Part shown: one piece after another, positions 13,105 through 26,874 of the stretch
Position numbering within the stretch: position 1 is the first letter of the stretch
Layout of the letters: every line of letters starts with the position of its first letter
Source: Mobula hypostoma
Lineage: Eukaryota
Length of the DNA: 64,000 bases
Direction of reading: 5' to 3'
Assembly: GCF_963921235.1 (NCBI RefSeq)
Contig: NC_086097.1
Location: forward strand, 153,762,001 to 153,826,000
Position numbers and translations under genes: made by a program
Notes under the pieces: model-generated
Seen by the model: the letters and a program-made list of their open reading frames with translations, nothing else
Told to the model about the DNA's origin: nothing
Database searches by the model: none

Positions 13105-14909
13105 TTACAAAGGATGGTGTGAAAAACACAAAATATCCAGTGAGCGGCAGTCCTATGGGTGGAAGCACCTTGTTAATGAGAGAAGTCAGATGAGAATGGT
13201 CAGACCAGTTCACGCTGACAGAAAGGCGACTGTAACTCAAGCAAACATGCCTTCAAATACTATTGTGAAAAAGAGCATAGTTCAACACATGACACATCAA
13301 ACCTTGAAGTAGTTGGGCTACAGCTGCTGAAGACTATGAACACATACTTATTGCCCACTTTATTGGCAACAGAAGGTACCTATTAAAGTAGCCACTGTCT
13401 GTATGCCATCAATAAACTGCTTAGTTTAGAATTTTTATATTATAGTGATGATTGATTAAGGGACTACATTGTTTTGAGTAACTAGACTACATTGCACGCT
13501 CTACTGCATTATTCACTACAACACATATCCAACGCAATGAATAGACCCTATATCATTTACCAGATATATTGCACAGGAAGGGGAGATCATTTAAGCTGCA
13601 GACTTAAAAGCCAGTACTTTGAATAACACGACATGACAAGAACCATCTTCAGATACAGTAAGACCTCTGTTTTCCTACAACTTGTGTGGAGTCAATTGAG
13701 GGAAGATGTAGAACCTTTTCAAACTGGACTTGTAAAGGATAGTCCTATTGCAAGTCATTCTGTCAAACATTATTCATCTTATGTCCTTTATTATAACATG
13801 CCCTTTAACTCATGGCTGTTCTAGAACAAATGACACAGAACAGGCAATTCAGCCTGTTTCAGCAAGTCATACTGAATATTAGCTTTTCTGTCCATTATTA
13901 ATTTCCACTTGCTTGTAAACTAAGTTCTCCATGATTTCCGCTAGTGCTTTATCTTTCAGACAGAGCATCAAAATCAACAACTTCCTTTAATTACTTGTTC
14001 TTTTGCAAATTTATAGGCAAGCATTCCAACTGCAGACTCTTGTCCATCCCTCCTTCCTTGGCTTTGTCATTGGTAGGAAAGTTTCAGCTCTCTCATTATT
14101 GCCTTCATAACCACCCGCTGCACTGCTGTGCTCCCCGCAACCACTTATGTAGTCCCGTTGAAATTTTTCTATGACTGCCTATTTAGTTTATCACTCCTTG
14201 CCCGACATATGCTGCTTGGTCACGAACAAGTGCTGTTTGGTATTTGATTTTGGCAGAAGCACCCTGGACATGTTGTTCTTTAAATACTCTATCATCTACA
14301 TTCAAGTTATAACTCCTGGAAAACTTTGTTAAAAACCTGTCATGGTCTATATGACTCATTTCCAAAAGTTATTAGGTCATCGTCCACCACACAGCATTTC
14401 AAATTCAACCCCATTGCTGTGCTACTGGACACAAAACACTTTTATGTGCTTAAGAAGCATTTTGACAGTCAGCTTGAAATGTATATTAATCATAAGGCCA
14501 GGGAGAGAAATAAGCTACTCAACACCCACATAAATGTTTTACAATTCAATTTGACTACAGTTGACCTTTCCATCAAGTTTGTTTATTTGCTTTCTTCAAT
14601 GTCCTTTGAGGTACCTTAGGATTGTCATAGCTGGGGAAGGTAGTGGGGTAAACCTCCTTTCTTTGTTCACTTATCATGTTCTTACCTTTTCCTACCTTCC
14701 CCCTCCCCCTGTGCAATATCCTTATCATCTCCCACCTCACCTGATCACTCTATCACTAACCAACCTCTGTTTATAAACTGGCTTTCTTCCTCCTACACTC
14801 CTAGTCCTCGTCCTGATGTGGGGCTTCAACCAAAAATGTGGACTTTGAGTGAAAGCATAGAAAGATGAATCAACGAGCATGAGAATTATGGAAAAGCAAG
14901 GAAAAGCAA

Positions 14910-16169
14910 GCACCGGCCTTAATGACTATAGACCGGTGGCATTGACCTCCCATATCATGAAGACCCTGGAGAGACTTGTACTGGAGCTGCTCCGGCCTAT
15001 AGTCAGGCCACACTTAGATCCCCTCCAGTTCGCCTACCAGCCCCAACTAGGAGTTGAGGATGCCATCGTCTTCCTGCTGAACCGTGTCTATGCCCACCTG
15101 GACAAGCCAGCGAATACTGTGAGGGTCATGTTTTTTGACTTCTCCAGTGCATTCAACACCATCCGCCCTGCACTGCTGGGGGAGAAGCTGACAGCGATGC
15201 AGGTGGATGCTTCCCTGGTGTCATGGATTCTTGATTACCTGACTGGCAGACCACAGTACGTGTGCTTGCAACACTGTGTGTCCGACAGAGTGATCAGCAG
15301 CACTGGGGCTCCACAGGGGACTGTCTTGTCTCCCTTTCTCTTCACCATTTACACCTCGGACTTCAACTACTGCACAGAGTCTTGTCATCTGATGACTCTG
15401 CCATAGTTGGATGCATCAGCAAGGGAGATGAGGCTGAGTACAGGGCTACGGTAGGAAACTTTGTCACGTGGTGTGAGCAGAATTATCTGCAGCTTAATGT
15501 GAAAAAGACTAAGGAGCTGGTGGTAGACCTGAGGAGAGCTAAGGTACAGGTGACCCCTGTTTCCATCCATGGGGTCAGTGTGGACATGGTGGAGGATTAC
15601 AAATACCTGGGGATACGAATTGACAATAAACTGGACTGGTCAAAGAACATTAAGGCTGTCTACAAGAAGGGTCAGAGCCATCCCTATTTCCTGAGGAGAC
15701 TGAGATCCTTTAACATCTGCCGGATGATGCTGAGGATGTTCTACGAGTCTGGTGGCCAGTGCTATCATGTTTGCTGTTGTGTGCTGGGGCAGCAGGCTGA
15801 GGGTGGCAGACACCAACAGAATCAACAAACTCATTCGTAAGGCCATCTTGGACAGTGTCTCCCATCCACTACATAATGTATTAGGTGGGCACAGGAGTAC
15901 ATTCAGCCAGAGATTCATTCCACCGAGATGCAGCACATAGTGTCATAGGAAGTCATTCCTGCCTGTGGCCATCAAACTTTACAACTCCTCCCTTGGAGGG
16001 TCAGACATCCTGAGCCAATAGGCTGGTCCTGGACTTATGTCATAATTTACTGGCATAATTTACATATAACTATCTAACTATTTATGGTTCTATTACTATT
16101 TATTATTTATGGAGCAACTGTAACGAAAACCAATTTCTTCCGGGATTAATAAAGTATGACTATGACTAT
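14910..16169 (+). mobile_element. 5'-truncated Rex1/Babar-type LINE (RT domain to 3' tail), frameshifted
   Basis: LNDYRPVALTSHIMKTLE, QFAY, FFDFSSAFNTI, GAPQGTVLSPFLFTIYT, YKYLG. Tail AATAAAG(TATGAC)n. Confidence 0.9.
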
Positions 16170-16869
16170 TTGTGGGACTTGAACAAGTCACAACACAGGT
16201 GGACTGAAACAGGGCAGGGCTGGAGATGGTGGGAGCATTGTGTCCAAACTCCATTCCAGATTAATGAGAGGAAAAAAATTATAAACACCTAAACAGAAAA
16301 GGAGGAATTAAAATGCAAACATGCATAAAAGAAAGCAAGAATAGGTGATATCCTACCAGGCACTTTTAATAGTCTCAGATGACGACAGATTTTCAACGGG
16401 CGATGGTATCAGTAGAGAAGGTACTGTTTTCAGTGTTCTCTGGCATTTGGATCAGTATATTACTTTGTATGGTCAGAAATTTGTGGGAATGGGATTAAAT
16501 GTCAACATTTCTAAAGATTGAAACAATATTTTATTTTATGAAAAGTGATCATGCTTACTGAAGTTCAGTCAGTACTGGAGTGTGCAGGTTCAGTTCGTGA
16601 ATTCCACAGGGTTCATGGGTGTGAACCCCAGTATTGTCTCACCCTAGAGTTCAACTCTATGATTTTAACGGCTGGTGTAAATAATGTGAAAAAATTAAAT
16701 TTATTTATTTTTTGATGGAAAGATCCTTAAATTTCTAAAATGTGTCTCCTTTTCCAGTAATTGCCTGCTGATTTAGTTCTATCTTTCAGAAGGACCATCA
16801 ATGCTTTCTCATTCAGGGCAATGTTAGAAATAACAATGGGGACACAAGAATCTGGAACCACAATCTGCT

Positions 16870-17546
16870 GGAATTTCTTGGACTGTTCATCATAGATGAC
16901 CTCATCTGATCCCTCAACATTATTTCTTTAGTTAGATAGTCACAGCAGCACTTTCACTTCCTGAGGATATTGAGGAATCCCCAACCCCACTCTAACCATA
17001 TTCTACCAGAGCACCATCAAGAGTGTCCTGACCATCTGTGTCACTGTCTTGTATGGGATCTGAATGCAAAACCCTGTAACAGATTTTGAGGACTGCTGAG
17101 AGAATCACTGAGGTCTCTATCCTACCATCCAAGTCCTATACCAGAATTGCTGTATTCACAGGGTCCTCAGCATTGCCAATGACCCCTCCCATCAGTCCCA
17201 CAATTTCTCTAAACTCCTACTGTCAGGCAGAAGGTACCGCAGTGTAAGATCAAGGACCATTCAGCTGGGTAACAGTTTCTTATCTCAGGCTGTGAGACTT
17301 CTGAACACCCTGCTACCACCGGTACACATTAATTATGATGGCACCGGTAGCAATATACTGTTATATATTTAACAGTATGTCATATATGCACTTTATATCA
17401 ACTTGTACCTCTACAAAATTCTCTTTTATCTGTTAATATTATTTTATGTGCTGTATGTGATATATGCAGTGTGTTTTGCCCTTAGGAACATTGGTTTGTT
17501 TGGCTGTATGTATGTGTATGGTTGAATGACAATAAACTTGAACTTG
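16870..17546 (+). mobile_element. Old Rex1/Babar-type LINE 3' fragment
   Basis: Decayed FYQSTIKSVLT, LLLSGRRYRS, NSFLSQAVRLLN. Tail AATAAACTTGAACTTG. Confidence 0.7.
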
Positions 17547-18930
17547 TAATTGAATTCAGCTGATTGAGCAACATCTATTCCTTTCCTCCCACAGATGCTG
17601 CTTCATCCACCGAGTTCCTCCAGCAGTTTTTTTTAATAAAGCTGAGGCTCAAAGATATAAATGACATTGTGGACCAGCCTCAAGAGAATGTGAAACATAT
17701 TGTACAACGTTCTTGTTCGAATTGTGATTGTAAAGGAGAGTGCTGGCATGGAGCGATGTGAAGGAGCTGGTTCAGTACTGGTCAAAGACTATACATACAC
17801 ATTTCAAATTGCTCAATATTTGCTCTTTATAGAAACAAGTACTGTTTGGAAATTGTAACCAATGTGAGAATGATGAAGGGTCTCAGTCTGAAATGTCAAC
17901 TATTTATTCCCCTCCATAGATTCTGCCCGACCAGCAGCATTCATCCAGCATTTTGTGTATTTATGAGAACGTTGCGTTTGTTTTGCAGGGGTACATTAGG
18001 CAGGTGAATCCAGGAAGGTAGCTGGTGCTGGCAAAGGGGGCATAGAAATGCATAACTGTGGAGGCTATCCCACCTGCAGCATCTCACTTCCCCCATACTA
18101 GCATGTATAATGCTGGTATCTGAGTGCTGTGTGAATTGTGCCTTAAAGAGCTGTTGAACTTTTCTGGGTGCTGCCCAACAAAGTGGTGGAAATTGCATTA
18201 ACAGCGATACTGCTCTGATTGGGATCTATGAAGGTCATGTTTCAGCACCACCACTAAGACTGAAACCATATTATAAGGTTGTTAGAATGCATTGAGACAC
18301 AAAAATGTATATTTGTACAGTAGCTAGGCTCTTGGGACATAAGGACACAGCAGGTGACACTGTCCAATAGAATTACAATCTAAATTCTTCCACATATACT
18401 GGGCAAGTAATATATTCATTGTTTGAATATTCATTATGCACACAAATATTGTGGCATACTTTTAATTAATCTCATAATATATTTGGAAGATCTTGATCTA
18501 GCTGTCATGCACTAGATAAGTAAGTTCCAATTTGATTTAAGTTTGACAGATATGACTCATTTGATCAGTTTAAGCATCTCAGCTGTATCACCCTCTGTCA
18601 TTTGTATTCGGTTAAACATTTGTTAATGATATTATTTTTTCATAGCCAATATTGCCATTTTATTATTGTGCATTCTAGTGCAGTAGTCTTATTGCAAGCT
18701 TTTATTGCTATTGGATACAGGGCCAATTTTTCATTCAAATTGCTGCACTTAAATGGAATCCAGCAAATTGCCTGGCTCTTTCATTTAATCCACCATATTT
18801 GTCTTTGGTGCTTTACTCTCCATTTCTTCCTGTCTTGCTTTAATTATGTTTCCAATGAGGAAAAAAATGCATTAATGTTCACAATTCTCAAGAAAAGAAC
18901 TAAATACAATTGAGAAACAAAACTAAAAGA

Positions 18931-19076
18931 AAACAATAGGAATTCTGCAGATGCTGGAAATTCAAGCAGCACACATCAAAGTTGCTGGTGAACGCAGCAG
19001 GCCAGGCAGCATCTATAGGAAGAGGTGCAGTCGATGTTTCAGGCCGAGACCCTTCATCAGGACTAACTGAAGGACT
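18931..19076 (-). mobile_element. 146-bp Penelope-tail mini-insertion containing a minimal hammerhead motif
   Basis: Perfect 15-bp TSD AACAAAACTAAAAGA at 18916-18930 and 19077-19091. Confidence 0.85.
19029..19064 (-). ncRNA. Minimal type I hammerhead ribozyme motif
   Basis: Minus strand AGTC-CTGATGA-AGGGTCTCGGCCT-GAAAC-ATC-GACT: stem I AGTC/GACT, core CUGAUGA and GAAA, stem II AGG/CCT, NUH triplet. Stem III is vestigial, as described for PLE hammerheads. Confidence 0.65.
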
Positions 19077-19169
19077 AACAAAACTAAAAGACTCATTCTC
19101 TCTGACAGTTTTATTTGAAATAAATTTCTGCTCCCTGAATGTAAAAACTCTACAAACTGTTCTAAAACA

Positions 19170-19645
19170 ATACACATAAAATGCTGGAGGAGCTCAGCAT
19201 CTATGGAAATTAATAAACAATTGATGTTTCAGGCCGAGACCCTTCCACAGGACTGGAAAGGAAGGGGGAAGACAACAGAATGAAAAGGTGGCAGAAGGGA
19301 AGGAGAATAGCTAGAAAGTGTTAGGTGAAGCCAGGTGGGTAGGAAAGGTACAGGCCTGGAGGGGAAGAAACCTGATAGGAAAGGAAGGTGGACCATAAGG
19401 GAAGGGAAAGGAGGAGGCGACCCAGGGAGAAGTGATAGGCAGGTGAGAACAGATAAGATACTCGAGTGGAGAACAGAAGAAGAGGGGAGGGGAAGGAAAA
19501 AAATTATTACCAGAAAGACAAATTGGCATTCATGCCTTCAGGTTGAAGGCTACCCAGAAGCATATAAGGTGTTGCTCCTTCGCATGAGGATGGCATCATT
19601 GTGGCACAAGAGGAAGCCATGGACCAACATATTGGAATAGAAATG
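19170..19645 (-). mobile_element. Penelope-like element 3' remnant
   Basis: Minus strand VHGFLLCHNDAILMRKEQHLI, pyrimidine-rich UTR and hammerhead-like tail at ~19220-19255. Confidence 0.75.
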
Positions 19646-20189
19646 AGAACCAAAAAAAAACTAATCTAAATCTAAAAACACACATCTACAACAAGCAATG
19701 CCGCAAGAAAGCAGCATCCTTTGTCAAGGACCCTCACCATGTAGTCCATGCTCTCATCTTACTGCTGCCATTGGGAAGGAAGTAAAGAAGCCTTAGGTCC
19801 CACACCATCACAGTTACTACCCTTCAACCATCAGGCTCCCAAACCAACATGGAAAACTTCACTCACCTCAACTCTGAATGGATTCCATAGTCTTTAGATT
19901 TACTTTAAAGGACTCTATGACTTATGTTCTCAGTATGATTTATTTACTGCTTTATTTTTATTAATTTTTTTTTCTCAGCTCTAGCTGGGAAAACCTGAGG
20001 TACAGGCATAGCCTAGTTTCTCAGTTTCTAGGCACTTCTGGACTATTCTAGTGGTGTTTAGCAGTGTAGCTTTAGGGAGATTTACATAAATATTGCTGTG
20101 TAGGCCTAATTATTTAATACTACTGTGTCATGACTTTGGAATGATACCATTTGTAGATATTATTATTGGGACAAGGTACAGTATACCCT

Positions 20190-23100
20190 GTACATAGAGT
20201 CATAGAAATATAGCGCAGATACAGATCCTTTGGCCCATCTAGCCCATGATGATCCATTTAAACTGCCTATTCCCATTGACCTGCACCAGGACCATAGCCT
20301 TCCATACCCCTACCATCCATGGACCTATTCAAACCAGCTTAACTGTTGAAATTAAGCTTGCATGCACCTCTTGCACTGCAGTTCATTCTACACTCTCACA
20401 ACCACAACGCTCACAGTGAAAAAGATCCCCCTCACGTTCCCTTTAAACTTCTCACCTTTGATCCTTAACACATGACCTTTTGGTCGTATTAATGCAGTTA
20501 AGATGTTTTTTTTGCCAAAATTTTTATATGTGTTTCAGGCATTACCAATTTTCGTTCCTAAATCTTTTTTTGATAAAGTTGACTCTAAAATTTCTTCATT
20601 TATTTGGCAGAATAAGAATCCGAGACTGGGTAAAATACATTTACAGAAAGCTAAGAGAGATGGAGGTTTAGCATTACCTAACTTTAGATTTTATTATTGG
20701 GCTATTAATATTTGACATATGAAATTTTGGTTACTTGACCGGGACATACTATCTATTCCTAAATGGGTAGCATTGGAATTACAATCTGTTCAGGGTTATA
20801 CACTTGGTTCTATTTTAGGTTCCTCTCTTCCTTTTGATTCGAAACGCCTTAAGCAGGTCTCTAACCCGATAGTTAAATATGCTTTGCGCATTTGGTTTCA
20901 ATTCAGAAAATTTTTTGATCTTAATCAATTCGGGTTAGCGATTCCTATTTTAGGCAACATATTTTTTCCTCCCTCTTTTACGGATCGCGCTTTTCAAACT
21001 TGGAAGACTAAGGGTATTTTACGGTTTTTGGATTTATTTTTAGATGGTTCCCTTATGTCTTTTGAACAATTATCTAATAAATATAACTTATCAAGAATAC
21101 ATTTTTTTAGATATTTACAAGTTAGAAATTTCCTAAGTACTATACTTTCTTCCTTTCCAATGCTTCCTCCTATAAATATTTTAGATTCGATAATTAACCT
21201 TAATCCATGTCAGAAAGGTGCATCGGCTATGATTTATAATATTATTATGAAACTTAGGAAAGCTCCATTTGATAAGATTAGGGTAGATTGGGAACAGGAA
21301 TTGGGGCTTACCATTTCTGTGGATGATTGGGGGCAGATTTTACAATTAGTTAATACTTCCTCTATTTGTGCTAAACATTCCCTAATTCAATTTAAAGTGG
21401 TTCATAGAGCACATATGTCCAAAGATAAGTTAGCGCGTTTTTACTCGCATATTAATCCTTTCTGTGATAGATGTTCGGGGCAGATAGCCTCTTTAACTCA
21501 TATGTTTTGGTCTTGCCCTACTTTGGAAACTTTTTGGAGAGATATTTTCAATATTATTTCTAAGGTATTAAATATAGATATCTCTCCTCACCCTATTACT
21601 GCTATCTTTGGACTACCTAAAATTTCTAGTAATCTTTCCCCTTCAGCCCGTAGAATGATTGCATTTCTTACTTTAATGGCGAAAAGATGTATTTTACAAC
21701 ATTGGAAAGAGCTTAATGCTCCAACTACCTTTTTTTGGTTTTCTCAGACGATTTTATGTTTGAATCTGGAGAAAATTAGAAGTAACCTTTATGATTCTTC
21801 ATTTAAATTTGAACAGATTTGGGGACCTTTTATTCGATATTTTCATTTAATGTAATATTTACCCTTCTTGTTTTTTTTTCACTGTTTTAATGGAGGTCGG
21901 GATTGAGGACGTGATTTTAAGTTTAACTCTGTTTGGTTTCAAGTTAGCCCATTGCTTTGCTTTGCTTTTAGTTAGTTGCACGGTGGGTTTTTTTTTTGGG
22001 GTTTTTTTTTCTTTTTTTTTCCATTGATATATATAAAATCTAGTATACTATTATGTTATCTTGGTTTCTTATGCTTAAATTACATTGTTTGTAGTATTTT
22101 CTTTTTGGTATTGTTATCTTTTGGAATTTTATTATACTTTAACATTGTATTAATGTTTATATGGCTTACCTTTTTTGTATACTTACTCAATAAAAAGATT
22201 TAAAAAGAAAGAAAGAACACATGACCTTTAGTTGTAGTCCCACCCAACCTTAGTGAAAAAAGCCTGCTTGCATTTACCCTGTCTATATCTCTCTTAATTT
22301 TTTATATTTCTATCAAATCTCCTCTCAATATTTTATGGTCCAAGAAATAACATCCTAACCTAATCAATATTTCATTATAACTCTCATCCTCCAGTCCCAG
22401 CAACATTCTTGTAAATATTCTCTGTACTCTTTCAACCTCGTTTACATTTTATCTGTAGGTAGGTGACCAAAACTGCACACAATACTCCAAATTAAGCCTC
22501 ACCAATGTCTTATACAACTTCAACATAACATCCCACCTCCTATACTCAATATTTTGATTTATGAAGGCCAATGTGCTAAAAGCTTTCTTTATGACTCTAT
22601 CTACCTGTGATGCCACTTTCAGTTAATTAAGGGCCTGCATTGCCTTTGTTCTAAAGCATTCCTCAGTGCCCTACCATTCACTGTCTAAGTCCTACCCTGG
22701 ATGGTCCTACCAAAATGCAGCACCTTGCACGTGTCTGCATTAAATTCCATCTGCTATTTTTCCAGCTGGTCCAGATCCTGCTGCAAGTTCCGATGGTCTT
22801 CCTTGCTTTCCACGACACCCCCAGTCTTGAAGTCATCTGCAAACTTGCTGATCCAGTTAGCCACGTAATCACCTATATCATTGATAAAGATGACAAACAG
22901 CAATGGACCCGACACCAATCCCTATAGCACACCACTGGTCACAGGCTTCCAGTCAAAGAGGCAACCATTCCTTACCACTCTCTGGCTTCTCCCACAAAGT
23001 CAATGTCTAATCCAATTTACTGCCTCATCTTGAATACCAAGCCACTGAAACATCATGACCTACCTCCCATGAAGGACCTTGTCAAACGCCTTGCTAAAGT

Positions 23101-24720
23101 CCATGTAGACAACATCAACTGCCTTGCCTTCATCCACTTTCCTGGTTACTTCCTTGAAAATCTCTATTGGATTGGTTAGACATGAACAATCCATGTTTAT
23201 CCAAATACTCATATATCTGGTTCCTTGGAATGCTTTCCAATAACTTTTCCTTTAACTTGGCTTATAGTTTCCGGCTTTAGTTTTAGAACCTTTCTCAAAC
23301 AGCAGAACAACAACAGCTATCCTCCAATCCCCTGGTCCCTCACCTATCACTAAGGATGATTTAAATATCTCTGCTAATGCCTTGGCAATTTCTGCACTTG
23401 CCTCCCTCAGGAGTCAAGGGAACACCTTGTCAGGCCCTGGTAATTTATCCACCCTAATTTACAGAAAACACCTCCTCCTCTGTAGTCTGCATTGGGTCCA
23501 TGAAGTTGATACTGTTTTGCATCAATTCTATAGACTCTGTGACCAACTCCTGAGTAGATTCAGTTGCAAATAATCCACTTAAGATCTCCCACATCTCAGC
23601 CCAAAACATCAACTTGCTTTTTTTATTCCTCAGTTCCATCCGTAATCCCTCACTAGACAAGTTCTCTAGACTGTCTTGACTGAGCACTGCCATGACATTT
23701 TCCCTGACTTGTAACGCCACCCCTCTCTTAATCACTCTCACTCTGTCACGTGTAGAATAACGGAGCCCTGGAATATTGAGCTGCCAGTCCTGCCCCTCCT
23801 GCCAGTCTCACTCATGACTACAATATCATAATTCCATGTGTCAATCCATCCTCTGAGCTATACTGCCTTTCCAACAGTACTTCTTGTATTGAAATTATCA
23901 CAGCTCAGGACATTAGTTGCACTATGCTCAATCTTTTGATTCTTGCTTTTGTCTGAGGTCTTAACATCTGTCTTCACAACCTCTCCACTATCTGTTCTGG
24001 TACTCTGGTTCCCCCACTGCCATGCAGCGCTAGCAAATCTTCCCACCAGGATATTAGTCCCTTTCCAGTTCAGGGTGCAACTGCCTCTTCTGTATAGTTC
24101 CCACCTTCCCTGCCAGAGAGCCCAGTTATCCAAAAACCTGAATCTGATACCCTCCCTTCTACACCAACTCCTTAGCCATGCATTAAACTGTATAATCTTT
24201 GTATTTCTGGCCTCACCAACATATGGCAATGGTAACAATGCTGAGATCACAACCTGGTGGTCATGCCCTTTAACTTAGCACCTAACTTCCTGAGCTCTCT
24301 TTGCAGAGCCTCATCCTTCTTCCTACCTATGTTACTGGAACCTACCTGGGCCACCAACTTTGACTGTTGCCTGTTGAATGCTGAGGATTCAATTCAAGAT
24401 ATCGAGACACTGGCACCCAGGAGGCAACATCACTTTCTCGTCCACAGAACCTCCTGTCTGTTTCCCTAACTAATGAATTCCCTATTACCACAGCTCACCT
24501 CTTCTCTCCCTTCCCTTCTGAGTCACAGAGGGAGACTCAGTGCCAGAGACCTGACCGCCATGACTTTCTTCTGCTAGGTCAATCCCCCACCTGTATTCAA
24601 AGGGATATACCTGTTGTAGAGGGACATGACCACAGGGATGCTCTGCAATGGCTGTTTAACTCTTTTCCCTTTCCTGACTGTCACCCAGTTTCCTGTGTCC
24701 TGACCTTGAGAGTAACTACT
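20190..24720 (-). mobile_element. Long, internally deleted CR1-type LINE (ORF1 esterase, APE and RT remnants), interrupted by L1
   Basis: ORF1 SGNH-like FNAWLRSWCRREG..FLDNW. RT remnants at 22300-23460. CR1 3' tail near 20193. Confidence 0.85.
20481..22215 (+). mobile_element. Young 5'-truncated L1/Tx1-clade LINE (ORF2 C-terminus + 3'UTR)
   Basis: GRINAVKM..LPKFLY, GGLALPN, CCHC motif CDRC..LTHMFWSC. ORFs 20503-20715 and 20719-21855 are in one frame. AATAAA plus (GAAA)n tail. Perfect 14-bp TSD AACACATGACCTTT (20467-20480, 22216-22229). Confidence 0.92.
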
Positions 24721-24729
24721 GTAACATTA

Positions 24730-26276
24730 CAGTGCCCTGTAAAATTATTCAGCCCCCAACCCTTTGTTCAGGTAGGTAAGTATTACAACAGGGGAGTTTG
24801 ATCATTTTAACCGAGAATTCTTAATTGTGAATCACATGCTCCTTTATTTTCACAGTAAAGCCAAAAATAGGAAAAATGGTAAAGTATGCAAAACTACAAA
24901 ATTCAAGAACAAGAAATGTCAGCTGTTCAAAAGTATTCCCTTTATGCTCAGTACTTAAGTTCAACCACCTCTTGTAGTTATTACAGCCAGTCACTTTCAT
25001 CATCACATTGCAGAACATGACGGACAAGATTTGCCCCTTCCCCCTTGCAAAATTTTTCAAGCTGAGCCAGGTTAGTTACAGAGCAGTGGTTGACAGCAGT
25101 CTTGAGGTCTTGCCAGAGATGTTCAATCTGGGTAAGGTTCCAGACTCTAACTAGGCCACTCAAGGACATCAATTTTCTGCATTTGAAGCCATTCCGCGGT
25201 TGCTCTGGCAGTGTGTTTTGGGTTGTTGTTCTGCTGATCGATGAGCTTCCTCCCCAGTTTAAGCTTTCTGGCAAGAGGCTAGCAAATTTTTATCCAGGAT
25301 CATTCAGTATTTATCAACATTTGTCTTCCTATCAGTTCTGACCACATTTCCAGTCCCTGTTGATGAAAAGCATCCTGATAGCATGATGCTACCTCCACCA
25401 TACTTTACAGTAGGGATGGTTGGTGTGCAGTATTAGATTTACACCACACATACCATTTAATGTAGAGGCCTAAAACATTCCACTTTAGTCTCATCTGACC
25501 AGAAGACCTTCTTTCACATTTTTACAGTATCTTCTAGGTGACACTTTGCAAAGCCTTTACGAGCAAGGACATTTTTTTTTAGAGCCAGGGCTTCTTCCTT
25601 ACCACTCTTCCATAAATACCCTTTTAGTGCAAGGCCTTAAAGGTTGTGGAGCTATGAACCTCATCTCCAGTTGGAGCCACTGACTAATGCAGCTCACTCA
25701 CAGTGACTGTTGGTGTCACAATAGTCTCTCTTACATATGCCATTCTTCTCTAGTGACAAAGTATAGAAGAGCGGCCTGACCTAGGTAGAATTGGTGTGGT
25801 TTCATATTTCTTCCACTTTTTGATGATGGACTACACTGTGCTCCGAAGCATGTTCAGTGTTTTAGAAATGTTGTACGCTTCCGCTGATGTATTATTATAG
25901 CTTTAAGTTACTTTGAATGCTTTTTTTAACTTCATTTTGGTTTGGTGTGTTGAAAATCTACCATGCTGTTGGACTTCATTGAAGAAGGTATATTTATTCA
26001 GTTCATCTTCCCACTTCCTACATCAACAGATTGAGTGAGTTGGAGCTGTGGAAAGTTAGTGTAGTGATTACAAAGGGAATGATTTATTTTTCAGACTCAT
26101 AATTTTGATCTTTAATTTTTATCAAATTGTTGATAGGTTTTGGAATTTTATTTTTGATTTGACATGATGCATGTAGATTAGCTCAAAAATCCCACTTCAA
26201 TATATTTTAACTTTAGAAAATGAGATAGTAAAATATGAAAATAATTGTAGGGGCTGAATACTTTTTCGAGGCACTA
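24730..26276 (-). mobile_element. Tc1-family transposon with decayed transposase
   Basis: TA-flanked TIRs CAGTGCCCTGTAAAATTATTCAGCCCC / GGGGCTGAATACTTTTTCGAGGCACT. Minus-strand IEHLWQDLKTAV and GGSIML remnants. Confidence 0.9.
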
Positions 26277-26874
26277 TATATATGGACTGTTATTACGGAT
26301 TGCCCGATTTGTAATAACGGATCAGTCATTATATAATTTGTAGGTCTCTGACTCTAATACTGGATAACATTTCTATTTATAGTAAAACATGGTGTCTTTT
26401 ATGAGTTTGTATTTTAAAGTAAGAATTTGGTGAATGATATCTGCCACTTCATTGTGCCTGTGTAAGGAATCAGTTTGAGTCAAACTGCTGTAAGATCGTA
26501 TAATGTATTGGATTGTTTCTGGTTTCTGTTTGCATTTTCTGCATTTATCATCTTGAATTTGTTTGTCTTTTATTATGTATTTTTAATATGTTTTTTGTGT
26601 AACCACCTGACCCTGTATTGCCACAAGGAACCCACTCGCCACCCCCTCCCCGCCTTTCTGGGAAAAAGTTTCCATCTCTGAGCGAGGTGATTGATACTTC
26701 CTTGTCAACGTCTAGACTGTTCAGCTCATAAGGATGTCTTTCATATTATTATTATTATTTTATTTGCATTTTGTACTTTTTGCACATAGTTTATTTGCCA
26801 GTCTTTCTTTGTGTGCAGTTTTTCATCAACCCTGATGTATTTTCATAAGACCCTAAGACATAGGAGCAGAAGCT

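Larger units (their letters stand above)
11680..13400 (+). mobile_element. Tc1-derived non-autonomous element split by nested CR1 insertions (pieces ~11680-11872 and ~13104-13400)
   Basis: Both pieces are colinear with the uninterrupted copy at 49025-49580. Confidence 0.75.

Noticed and set aside
14183..14365. Protein-like 60-aa minus-strand ORF
   Set aside because: No recognisable motif and no convincing splice-site pair. This length is expected by chance.
20719..21855. Longest ORF (378 aa) as a host gene
   Set aside because: It is an L1/Tx1 ORF2 C-terminus inside a TSD-bounded insertion.
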